Assembly (NCBI GenBank): GCA_016748015.1
Contig: JAAOMT010000760.1
Span: 296,219 to 360,218 of the forward strand
Length of the DNA stretch: 64,000 nt
DNA from: Geosiphon pyriformis uo1
Lineage: Eukaryota > Fungi > Glomeromycota
Direction: 5' to 3'
The translations under genes and the position numbers were made by a program. The notes beneath the pieces are model-generated. The model was not told where the DNA came from and made no database searches. It worked only from the letters and a program-made list of their open reading frames with translations. Below, piece by piece: positions 23,224-35,239 of the stretch (positions are counted from its first letter, which is position 1; each line of letters starts with the position of its first letter).

Positions 23224-23872
23224 GTGGCAAAATCCAAAAACATAGGAGCAAACCATTTAGGATTCACCAAATTCTTGTTTCAACAGTACAGCCAACAATT
23301 AAGATTAAACAATAACCATTTTTCAGCAGAATTAGTCTTCAACTTCTACATTAATGACAAAATCACAGACTGCTTAAGAGGAACAGTTAATATTGAATCC
23401 ACAAGAAAAAATTTCTATACAGAATTATTTCAACATATCAGTTTACTAAGAAATTACAGTTTTACACCAATTATCAGGGAAATCAATTAAACCATTGAAA
23501 GATACACACAACAACAATTCTCAATTACCTATGCAGACAAAAAAAAAGGAAGACTACAAACACCAACAGCAACACCAAAAGGAACACAACTATCTACTTG
23601 GAAGAAAACCAGAGTTGAATCACCAACAAATCCATCATACTATTATACCTTAGGAAGTGCCATTAACATTTCATCAACAGATGCATCTACATCACATGTG
23701 ACATCAACATTTGGATGACTCCCATTTCAAAGTAAACAAAAGAAAGCAGAATTACTGGAAACCTATGGCAATTATTTTGAAAGATTTAAATTGCAATTGC
23801 CAATGCTATCAGGATTCTAATCACCACCACCTCAACCAGATTTCAGAAATGTGAGTCCTTAGGAGATAACAG
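23224..23872 (+). pseudogene. gag: Gag N-terminal part of D
   Basis: GTG-AKSKNIGANHLGF..., homologous to F gag; continues at 44342. Confidence 0.88.
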
Positions 23873-24329
23873 TGTTATGGGTAAGCTTGGTGAATAATGG
23901 AAATAGTAACATTTGGTGCTTTCAATTATTGGTGATGCATCTTTTGCATAATTTTATTGGCTTAGTCTTGATTATCAGTCTCTGAAAATCTATTTTTGGA
24001 TGTAAATTTACCCATTGAGTTCTTTGGTTATAAGGCACAAAGTTTGTTTTTTGTCAATTGCAACATTTTTCATAAATGTGAGCTTTTTTCTTCAAGCTAA
24101 TGAGCACAGTTGTTAAGGTCTGGCATTGTCTTTTTGCCCTTCTGGTAAGCTATCAAGATAATGTTAATATCCAAAACCTAGGAGGAGCTGCCCTCTTTTA
24201 CCAGACTATTATGAAGTCTATTCTCAGACAATTGATTTTACTATGTTGCCACTCCACACAGAAATCAAGAAAAAAAAAAAGAAGAGAAAAAAAAAAAAAA
24301 AAAAAAAAANNNNNNNNNNNNNNNNNNNN

Positions 24330-24385
<56 letters not shown>

Positions 24386-24855
24386 TTAATATCATCAATC
24401 ACTGTGATCAAGAGTGATTGGTCCAAGTTGTTAATGGTTCGAGGTGATTATGCTAAGAGCATCTGTCCTAGAACGGAGGTAAGAGACAATAAATTCAATT
24501 GAAACATAGATGTTTAGAGAACAGAGGTTTGCAATTTTGAATATACAATTTATTTAGAAATATGTATATAAGCTAAAAGATAAAAGAATAAAGAAAATTG
24601 ATTCTTGTCTAACTGTCTATTTTTTTCTAGCTTTTATAACTACTCGTTTTTATACATTTTTTTGGTTTTACAGGATTGCTTACAATTGTTATGTTATCAC
24701 TAGCTATTGCTTTGTTATTTCTGTTATTGCTTCATTATTCTATGTTATTGCTAGTTATCTTGTGTTATAACACATTATCTGGCATTATTACATGCTATTC
24801 TGTATTATCCTATGTTATAATGTTTTATCCTGCATTATTCTAAGTTATAATACAT
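23873..24855 (-). repeat. 3' LTR of E, left segment (remainder at 35120-35225)
   Basis: Matches 43286-44240. Contains a long A tract and a 20-N gap (24310-24329). Confidence 0.9.
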
Positions 24856-25810
24856 TGTTATTCATAGAATATAGGAAATATAGTATTATTAGTCAGTAGA
24901 TATTAGCCAATCAGATGTAGATGTAGTAAATGTGGAATTCCAAGATTCCTTTCAGAGAAATTGCAGGATTCCCTGACGAGGAATCACAGGATTCCAGAAT
25001 TCCAGGATTTCTCTCATCAGGAATCACAAGATTCCAAGAATTCCAGGATTCTTGTCACAAGGAATTGAGGAATTAAGGAATCTCAAATATATATATATAG
25101 CAGTAGCATTAGAAGCAGAAAAAATAGAATCAACACTAAGAATTCTTAGCTTAGTTACTACAATCCTCAAATAAATAATTATTTACTATATCAAATTCAT
25201 TCTCCACTATCAACACTTCATGTTGATGGTAATTAATACTTAACCATACTGGAACAATAGTTCTTGATCATGGCTATTGATGGGATACTAACTTGCAAAT
25301 TGCCTTGGCTTATTTTTTATTTTCTCTTTTATCTTTCTTTATTTTCTTTGTTGTCTACTGATTTGATTAAAGGATTTACTCTTGGAGGACTTATAGAGGA
25401 ATAAAACTTACTTAAAAATACTTACTCTTGAAGGACTTATGAAGGAATAAACTTGCTTAAACAATACTTACTCTTGGAGGACTTACAGAGGAATAAACTT
25501 GCTTAAACAATACATACTCTTGGAAAACTTACAGAGGAACTGACATCAAGAAACAGCACTGGTATACACTTACGGAGGATATCGTACCAGAAGAATCATG
25601 AACCATTAAGCTAAGCAAGCAATCAATAAAACTACAGTTTCAGAAAACTACTAATAAACTGTTATAATTGAATCTCTGTCCATTATACAAAGAACTCGAT
25701 TGGAAAACCTTCAGATCAAATACCTTCAGATTATCATTGTCACTAATTGCCTTGAGCACCAAGTTATGAATTTGTTATTTTATTAACACCCCAAAGAATC
25801 ACTTGTAACA
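24856..25810 (+). repeat. 5' LTR of F
   Basis: Pairs with 34209-35119. CCAAT near 24907, (TA)n TATA-like element at 25088-25099. Confidence 0.94.
25376..25540 (+). repeat. 46-bp tandem repeat (about 3.6 units) in the F 5' LTR
   Basis: Unit TTACTCTTGGAGGACTTACAGAGGAATAAACTTGCTTAAACAATAC; about 2.6 units in the 3' LTR (34746-34864). Confidence 0.9.
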
Positions 25811-25812
25811 TT

Positions 25813-25830
25813 TGGTGCTCCTTGTGAGAT
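25813..25830 (+). promoter_or_regulatory. Primer binding site of F
   Basis: TGGTGCTCCTTGTGAGAT, complementary to a tRNA ending ...CUCACAAGGAGCACCA. Elongator Met or Ile(UAU) are candidates, not verified. Confidence 0.85.
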
Positions 25831-25869
25831 ATAATCCTACAGAGAACCAGTACCAACACAAATCTAAAC

Positions 25870-28800
25870 ATGGCAGAATCAGAAATTATAGGAGCCAACC
25901 ACTTAAGATTTGCAAAATTCTTGTTTCAACAATACAGCCAACTATTAGGATTAAACAATAATCACTACTCAGCCGAATCAGCCTTCAACTATTATGTCAA
26001 TGATAAAATTACAGACTGCCTAAAAGGAGCCGTTAATATTGAATCAGCAAGAAAAAATTTCTATATGGAATTATTTCAACACACCAGCTTACTAAGAAAT
26101 CACAGTTTTGCCCCAATCATCAGGAAAATTAATCAAACCATTGAAAGATACACGCAACAACAATTTCCCATTACCTATGCAGACAAAGGTAAAAGAAGAA
26201 TACAAACACTAGCAGCAACACCAAAAGAAATACAGTTACCTAGTTGGAAGAAACACAGAGTAGAATCACCAACTGCTCTATTATATTACTACACACCTAG
26301 AAGCACCATCAACATTTTATCAGCAGACGTGTCCACCTCAAATGCAACATCAATATTTGAAAGATTTTAGTTCCAAAGCAAACAACAAAAAGAAGACTTA
26401 CTAGGATCATACAGAGTGTATTTTGAAGGATTTAAATCACAATCTCCAATGCCATCAGAAATTTGATCACCAATACCCCAACCAGATTTCAGAGCTGCTA
26501 CTCCATGGGAATTATCAGAGGAAGAAGAGGAAGAAAAAGAGGATCAAGGATTCATCTACCAAAACCCAATCTCAGAAAACTCAGAATTTAAAAACCCAAA
26601 TTTTCAAACCCCAATAAACCCAAATCTAGAAAATCTGGAAAATGCAACTCCAAATATTCAAACACTGCAAAACCCTGAACAAATTAATCAAAATAACTTA
26701 CCTCCGAATATCGTCATCAATCAACCACCAATTGATTCAATAGCCAAACCTATACACTAACTCATCCAACAGCTGTATCAACCAAATCAACCACCCCTTC
26801 AGCAACCTGTTCAACAGCCATTTCAACCACCACCACAACAACTTCAACAACCTGTGCAGCAACAAATGGTATACACACCTATAGCCAAACTTGAAAAATT
26901 TACTGGCAACAAAAATGACGCACAAACATGGATAAACGACGTCGCCAAAGCAATTGTCACTAATAATTGGAACAACACCAAAGCCCTTCAAGCAATCCCC
27001 TATTTTCTCTAGGATACTGCAAATGCATGGTATTAGAGTTTAATTGCCTCACTACAGACATTTCAGCAGTTCAAAACCGAGTTTCTGAGATATTTCAGCA
27101 ATAATAATAGCATCAACAGATTAGCCAACACTTTCAACACCATCAAACAAGGAGACATTGAAGCAGTCACCACTTACCTGGAATGCTTCTATAAAAATCT
27201 GCATCAGATTCAGACCATTGAAGCTAACTACTTCACAGCACCACAAATTTTAAATCAATTTATTAGAGGATTGCACAACAGCATCCTCCAATGAGTATGC
27301 CCAATGCATCCAGCTAACCTACCAACTGCAGTCACATACACTAGAGATTTTGAAGCCACAGAACTCAAGGCTAATCATGCCCAAGCCATCAACCTAGTGA
27401 TAAATGGATTATCTGAATTGGACTTCAAATTGAAACAATTTAGTAATTCAATTAATCAGAAATTGAAAGGATACTTAGCTGACAATCGCACAATTTATCA
27501 ACCACTTCAATGATGCAGCAATCCAGGAAACTACAATTGTTCCCAAAATCAAGCACATCTTTCAACATCGGCCAATCAGCAGTGGCAGCCAAAGATGCAT
27601 GTCTGTCACAACTGTGATAAACAAGGGCACATCAAAGCAAACTGCAATGTTTATAACCATCCATGATTGGGAAATCAATATAGAAACCCTGATCGCCAAT
27701 TTCAAACTCTGAGATATTAACAAAATCAGGAACAATATCAACCCATTTACCTGCCAGTGATGCAGCCAATGTATCAAATGCCTACACCAGTATATCAAAC
27801 TCCGATTTATCAACTGCAGCTGCAAGTAATATATCAACTGTAGCCACAAATCATCTATCAACCCCAACCAATTCAAACACTGCCCCAGAAATCAGCTCAA
27901 ATAACATTAGACAACCCTCAATCCAGAGTTACTCAAAACTGAAGATCAGCAATGGTTGTTTACCAACTGGTCCCCAGTTCATTAAACCCACAATCAGAAT
28001 CACGCCCATGGAATTTGGATACTGGTCACACTCAAAACCCAAATTTCCAATACTATTTAAGTCTCCTGGTTACCTCAGAAGACTCCACATCCAACAAACT
28101 GGAATCCAATCAGCAATTACTTACCAACACAATTCCACTAGCAACCATCTCCAATGATAAATCCCTAGCAGCTATTTTTCCTTTTAAACCCGAAGAAATC
28201 ACACTGGTACCATTATTTAGTGGAGCCATTCTCAAAGAAAAATCCATTACAGTGATGTACACGGATGTCAGAGTTGATGATCACCCCATCAAACTCATCC
28301 TAGATAGTGGATCAGCTGGCAGTATTATCACAAGACAGCTCATAGATCAATTAGGTCACTGAGTTGATTGAGCTGTCAGCACTAGAATCATCACAGCCGA
28401 TGGAGTGACCAAAACTCCAATTGGCGAAATTGATAACTTCCCTTTCGAAGTCAATGGCATTGTAACTCCCATTAAAGTTTTAGTGATGGAAGCCACTCAA
28501 TACCAAGCTCTTGTTGGTAATGACTGGCTATTCAAAGTCAACATGACATTAGACTGGAACACCCAGGAACTCCAGCTAACATATTAGAACCAACACATAC
28601 GTGTACTGGCCACATGTGGCCACTTCAAGACTCCTCCAAAAGAGAAACTATTGATCGAACTGGAGGAGATAAAAGAGAAACCTACCTGGGAAGCTTACCA
28701 AGTCTCCTGGGCCAATGCTGACCACAACAAACTACCACCCATACTATCATGGGATGACAAAAAGAAAAAAAAAAGAGAAAGAAGAACTTACTTGGAAAAC

Positions 28801-31800
28801 AAATTAGGGATCTTGAAGTGATGACAGCCAAAGTGAACTAACCACAGAATAGATTTGAGAAGAGAAAGGAAAAGGAAAGGAACAAGAAAAAGAGCCAGCA
28901 CAATCTATCACCCCTATATATGTCTCATATTCTACACAACCTCAGGCCACCTACCATCGACCTAAACTTGAATGTGTCACTTGTAGCAAGAAATTGTCAA
29001 CGATGGGTGCATGTTGTGGCAATGATGAAAACTGGTGGACAGTAACATGATACTATTGTTGCCCATGCGTTATTGAACACAATGGCCGACCACTAAAAAT
29101 AGAAAAATAGGACAATATGCCATGTCTAGCATGCAGAGAAACACTTTTGGACAAAGGAATGTGGAATAACATTCCAGGGTGAAGAGGAATGTGCGATAAA
29201 ACATGCCAGTACACAATCCTAATAAATAATTGGGTATGAAAAGAGACCTCAATCGATGACACATAGAAATGAGCCTTAAGATATTTGGAAGGCTACTCAC
29301 ATGACAAACATGAGATCTGGAGAATAACATATACAATAGCAGAAGGAGCTACAGCCAGCAAGTTGCAGAAAATCAAAACCAATCTGTTATTCCTCCCAGA
29401 GCCAGAATATGTTGCAACATTTGACGTTTTTGGCAACGTTGAGGACGATTCCGAGGAATTTCACAAACACTACCAACAACTAGCACCCACAAGAGAAGAA
29501 CAAGAAGAATGGTTAGCACAGCTAAACACTTGATTATGTGACCACTGTTTGATCCCATGTGACTTTCAATATTGTAATAAGTGTGATCTCATTTACAATC
29601 CACCAATTCACATGATCTACACAATTCCAAAAGAAAAGAAACCAATCAGCAGCTGCACATCAGAATCAGGATCACTATTCGATCCCAATTTAAACTCTGA
29701 CAATAATGACAATGAAAACACCAGTTCCAGCTCTGTTCAATATGGCAATAACAACAATACTGATTCCAACTCAGATTCAAACTCCGATACAAAATATGAA
29801 CAATATATTGCAATTTCTGACTTCACTAGAGAATTGGAACTAAAATGGTTTAGCGATAATGATAAGGGTATTATGCCTAAATGTGTACATAATACTAATG
29901 CCGGGTTTAATCTGAGGTATCCAAAAAAAGAGGCCATCAAATTAAAACCATATTTACACACCTGTATTGATCTGAAAGTAGCACTAGAAATTCTAGCAAC
30001 AACAATGGTTCAATTAGCATCTAGGAGTAGTTTAGTGAAAAGAGGAATTAATATAAGAGGAGGAATAATTGATGCAGGATATATAAGAAATATCATTGCT
30101 ATACTACAAAATAATTCAAAAAAAGTCTATATAATAGAGCTCAATGAAAAGATAGCACAGGCAATATTCCTGCTTCTGGTTAGAGTAGCTCAGTTAATAT
30201 TAGTGGAAAAGAGGGAGAAATTAAGAATAACAGTGAGAGGGATACAGAGATTCAGATCAACAGATAGAATAGATGTGCCAGTCAATATGACAGAAGAAGA
30301 AATTGTTGGCCAAGGAGAAATTATCTCAACTGGTCAAGCAATTTCCATTCCACCATATGACCAGTACATAATAACAATAGAAAAGAAGGTAAAAAGCCAA
30401 GCACAAATTTTTGAAGCAGAAGCAAGTCTTTGTGAATCAGAAGAAGTTGAATTCATCAATCTTCACATACCAGCCAAGAACTATAACCACATCAAAATTC
30501 CCATCTACAACAACACCAGAAATGTTGTCAATATACTAAAAGGAACCATCATCAGATATTTGACCACAGAAATAGAGGATCAACCACTAAGCACTATTCC
30601 AGACTTTCCACAGCTTTGTGGATATGTCAATATCACATCACAAACAATATACAGATAAAACAAATGTTATTTGCTTCAATCAGAACAGTTGGAACAAATG
30701 AACATGGGAAATTTAGATTCACTCCAACATATGCAACTTAAGATGTTGCTCAACAATTTCAATGACATCTTTGTGAGTTTGGCCAAACTGACATCATCCA
30801 GCATTAGATCAAGACTGGAAATGCAATGCTAATTAAACAAAGAGCATACAGAGTACTACCAGCTAGCCACAAGATTATTCGTCAAGAGATAAACCAAATG
30901 CTTGACAATGGGCTAATTCAGCCATCAATGAGCCCATGGTCATCACCAGTGGTACTCATTCAAAAAAGAATGGGAAAATTTGCTTTTGTGTGGATTATAG
31001 AAAACTCAATGGAGTAATTTGTGGAGATAACTACCCCACTCCACGGATCCAAGAATTATTCGACGCTTTTAGTAGAAACAAATGGTTTTTAACATTAGAC
31101 TTGAACAGTGGTTACTGGCAAGTAGCCATGGATCCAGCCGACAAAGAAAAGACAGCATTCACTACCAGAAAAGAAAATTTCGAATTTGAAGTAATGTCAT
31201 TTGGCTTAACCAATGCACCAGCCATTTTCCAATGGCTAATGGAAATTGTTTATACTGGCTTATTGTGGAAATCAGTAGTTGTATACTTGGACAACACCAA
31301 TGTATTCTCAAAAACATTTGATGATCATCTTCATTATCTTCAAGTGTTCAAAAGACTAAGAAGAGCAAGACTAAAGTTAAATGCAACAAAATGCTTCTTC
31401 AGCAAGACAGAACTAAAATTCTTGAGACACATAGTCAGCAAAAATGGCATCAAAACAGATCCAGAGAAAATAGAAATAGTAAAGAACTTTCCAGTGCTGA
31501 CTGATATGACAGAACTGAAATCATTCTTGGGATTTGCCAGCTACTATCAACGTTTTATTAAGAACTTTTCCAAGATAGTGCAGCCACTCAACCAACTGCA
31601 AACCAAGAATACAAAATATGAATGGACAGAAAGTCAACAAGAAGCTTTTGATATTCTAAAAAGAAAACTTATTTAAGCTCTAGTACTGATCTATTCAGAT
31701 CACAGCAAACCATTTATCATCACCACTGATGCATCCAGCCAAGCATTGAGAGCAGTACTATCTCAGAGAGGAACAGATGGCAGAAAACATCCAGTAGCAT

Positions 31801-32068
31801 ATGCCAGCAGAAGTTTAACACCAGCTAAAAAGAACTATGGAACACCAGACTAAAAACACTTAGTGATATACTGAACAGTCATGAAATGGAAAGAATACTT
31901 GAACCAGAAGTTTGAAATATACACAGATCACAAAGGATTAACATCACTTCAAAAACAAGAATTCAGAGATGGAAAATGGCACTCGCACCATATAATTATA
32001 CTATACATTATAAAAAGAGAAAAGACAATGGAAATGCTGACGGTTTGTCACAAATGAGACAAATTTAA
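25870..32068 (+). pseudogene. gag-pol: Gag-PR-Cys-rich-dUTPase-RT-RNase H of F
   Basis: CHNCDKQGHIKANC knuckle, LILDSGSAGSII, dUTPase AGFNL/SRSSL/GGIIDAGY/EKIAQAI, RT LDLNSGYWQV and YLD(D>N), RNase H TTDAS; ends ADGLSQMRQI*. Confidence 0.92.
29840..30265 (+). pseudogene. dut: dUTPase domain of F
   Basis: All five trimeric dUTPase motifs recognisable, partly decayed. Confidence 0.88.
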
Positions 32069-32130
32069 GAACATTTTAACCCAAAAATATAACAAAACCA
32101 GAACAATACCAACGAAAAATATAACAAAGA

Positions 32131-33512
32131 ATAAACATACAAAAATATCAACAACTGCAACATTATATAAACACTCAACAGTTCAAGGAGAATTTATCTC
32201 AAATGGAATGAAAGAGTATCAAACAACAATCAAAATATTTTATCACTCACCAAAATATACTTTATCAGAAAAATAGAAGAGATCTAGAGCAACCAACCAG
32301 AGTAATTACAGAGCCAGAAAAAGAGACAATATTATTCAACATGTACTCAAATCCAACAGCAGGACACTTTCATAAAGAAGCAACCATAGAAAGAACCAGA
32401 AAAAGATACTATTGGCCATCAATGTATCCAGACATCATTCAATATGTTCAAAATTATAATGTTTGTTAATGAAGAGGAAGTACGAAACCCAGTGAACCAT
32501 TAAGACCAATCAAAGTGGAACAACCATTTGACCATATTGGAATTGATTTAGTCAGACCATTAACAATCACCAACAGAGGAAACAGGTACATAGCAGTAGC
32601 CATGAACTATCTCACTAAATGGCCAGAGGCAAAAACAATTCAAAGAGTGGATGCAGAATCTGTTGCCGAATTTGTTCATCAAGATTTGATCTGTCAACAT
32701 AGATGTCCAAAAGAATTACTTTCAGACCAAAGAACTCATTTTTGAACAGAACATTAGCAGAATTAAGCCAAAGATTCAGAATTAAAAGACCATTATCATC
32801 ACCATACTATCCACAAACCAATGGATTAGTCAAAAGATTCAACAGAACATTGTGTAAAGCAATAGTTAAACTCAGCCAAGAAAACCAGAACGATTGGGAT
32901 TTGTTGATACTATTAGTACTATTTGCTTATTAGACAATGAAACAAGATACTACACAAGCAACACCATTTGAATTAGTATATAGTAGAACAACAATACTAC
33001 CAGTGGAAATAGAAGTCAGCACATACTCAACCGAACCAATAACAGAAGAGAATTTCAAAAACACATTGTTGAAAAAAACATATAACTTAATGGAAACATT
33101 AGAAAACAAACAACAAAGAGCAGCTGATAACATACAAAGATCACAAGAGAAACAAAAAGAAAGACATAATAACCAACTACCAGATAAACCAGTTGAATTC
33201 AGGATTGAAGACAGATTACTACTACATTGTACCAAAGCAGAAAAACAATGGAGTAGAAAATTTGACCCCAAATGGGACGGACCATTTCACATAGAAGAAA
33301 TTCTAGGAAATGGAGCTTACAAATTAAGATTGAATAACAAAATCTTGACCAAAGCAGCACATGGAGATTGACTGAAACCATATCACTATACAGCATCATC
33401 ATCTACCAGTAATATTCTACAATTAGAAGTACAGAGAATACTAGTCCAACCAGATGAGATTCCATGAGATCTGGAACCAATTATTATTATTGACAACAAC
33501 ACGTCCAATTAA
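32131..33512 (+). pseudogene. int: Integrase ORF of F
   Basis: (M>I)NIQKYQQLQHYI..., rve core, KWDGPF, C-terminal LEPIIII. Confidence 0.9.
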
Positions 33513-33565
33513 TTGACAAAAAAATATATAAGAACATAATTGACGTGACAGAAAAGATCAAAAAA

Positions 33566-34195
33566 ATGGAAATTACAGACAATATTCATGCACTAGCCCA
33601 ACAAATTTTTCAATTAATCCAACACCAGGAGATGAAAATTACAATCAATTAACAAACCATTTGTTACAAAAATACGGCAAAGATACCACAAAACAAAGCA
33701 CAGAAAAGACTTGAAAATGTTGTTGACAAGATCATAACCAAGATAAAATTGGCCATAAAAGAACAACAAATAGTCGGATTACACCAAAAACTTACCAGAG
33801 AAACTTGGATTTGGTGGACACAACAATTTCCAAAAAATTATTGTTACTTTTACTTGGAACAACACGTGAATATCTAGAACTTATATACGGATAAAACAAA
33901 GTGGTTATTTGACACAATAATACTACAACAACTAGAACATTTTGTGGGGAAAAACAACTTATCCACACAAGCTCGAGCTATATACTGAATACACACAGCA
34001 TTTCAGGATCAACCAGAAATCTTACTCAACAAAGCAATAAATACGGTTACCAGTAATCAATTGGGAAAAATCACCAATGCTCAATTTGAAAAATTACAGA
34101 CTTAAATAACACAAGTAATTCTCAAAAACAAAATTCAGGAAATACTTTAAGAGGGAGAATTAAAAAAATTAGATTTCGACGGAGCTTAATATTAA
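33566..34195 (+). pseudogene. ORF3 of F (209 codons, single frame)
   Basis: MEITDNIHALAQQIFQLI...FDGA(Q)Y*. Internal stops are all one C>T away from CAA/CAG/CGA. Confidence 0.8.
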
Positions 34196-34208
34196 AAGAA
34201 GGGAATAA

Positions 34209-35119
34209 TGTTACTCATAGAATATAAAAAATATAGTATTATTAGTCAGTAAATATTAGCCAATCAGATGTAGATGTAATAAATGTGGAATTTTAGGATT
34301 TCTTTCAGAGGAATTGCAGGATTCCAGGAATTTCAGGATTTCCAGATGAGGAATTACAGGATTCCAGAATTCCAGAATTTCTCTTATTAGGAATCGCAAG
34401 ATTCCAGGAATTCCAGGATTCTTGTTGCAAGGAATTGAGAAATTGAGGAATCTCAAATATATATATATAGCAGTAGCGTTAGAAGCAGAAAAGACAGAAT
34501 CGACACCAAAAATTTTTAGCTTAGTTACCACAATCCTCAAATAAATAATTATTTATTATATCAAATTCATTCTCCACTATCAACACTTCATGTTGATGGT
34601 AACTAATACTTAACCATACTGGAACAATAGTTCTTGATCACGGCTATTGACGGAATACTAACTTGTAAATTGCCTTGGCTTATTTTTTATTTTCTCTTTT
34701 ATCTTTCTTTATTTTCTTTGTTGTCTACTGACTTGATTAAAGAATTTACTCTTAGAGGACTTATGGAGGAATAAAACTTACTTAAAAATACTTATTCTTG
34801 GAGGACTTACGGAGGAATAAACTTGCTTAAACAATACTTACTCTTGGAGGACTTACAGAGGAACTGACGTTAGGAAACAGCACTGATATACACTTACGGA
34901 GGATATTGTACCAGGAGAATTATCAACTATCAAGCTGAGCAAGCAATTGACGAAACTATGGTTTCAGAAAACTATTAATAAACTGTTACCATTGAATCTC
35001 TGTCCATTATACAAAAAACTTGATTGGAAAACCTTCAGATTATCATTGTCACTAATTGTCTTGAGCACCAAATTATGGGTTTGTTATTTCATTAACACCC
35101 CAAAGAATCACTTGTAACA
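34209..35119 (+). repeat. 3' LTR of F
   Basis: Follows the PPT AAAAGAAGGGAATAA. Confidence 0.94.
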
Positions 35120-35239
35120 ATGTTATTCTATGTTATTGCATGTTATTCTGTGTTATGTCATGTTTTGTTTACACTTTGGTCACGTTTTTCTCATAATTTG
35201 GATCGGTTTTTCTACTTGGATAACATTATCCCTCTCTTT

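Larger units (their letters stand above)
24856..35119 (+). mobile_element. Ty3/Gypsy element F (full length, uninterrupted), inserted in the 3' LTR of E
   Basis: LTRs at 24856-25810 and 34209-35119. Flanks ACAT/ATGT fit a CpG-decayed ACGT TSD. PBS at 25813, PPT at 34194-34208. Confidence 0.95.

Noticed and set aside
24100-24417. Poly-Lys/poly-Phe ORFs here and at 43656-43886
   Set aside because: Translations of the LTR homopolymer tract.
25200-25300. Hammerhead or other self-cleaving ribozyme in the LTR hairpin region
   Set aside because: No CUGAUGA/GAAA core in the required arrangement.
25376-25540. CRISPR-like array
   Set aside because: Contiguous tandem units with no unique spacers, inside a eukaryotic LTR, and no cas genes.
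25754-25830. Tf1-type self-priming
   Set aside because: The anti-PBS is about 650 nt downstream of the TATA-like element rather than at the transcript 5' end, and the PBS starts with TGG and looks tRNA-like over about 18 nt. Kept only as a hairpin hypothesis.
33380-33512. Chromodomain at the integrase C-terminus
   Set aside because: IN ends shortly after the GPF module with LEPIIII; no chromodomain motif is visible.
33566-34195. ORF3 as an env gene
   Set aside because: Too short, with no evident signal peptide, furin site or transmembrane helix.
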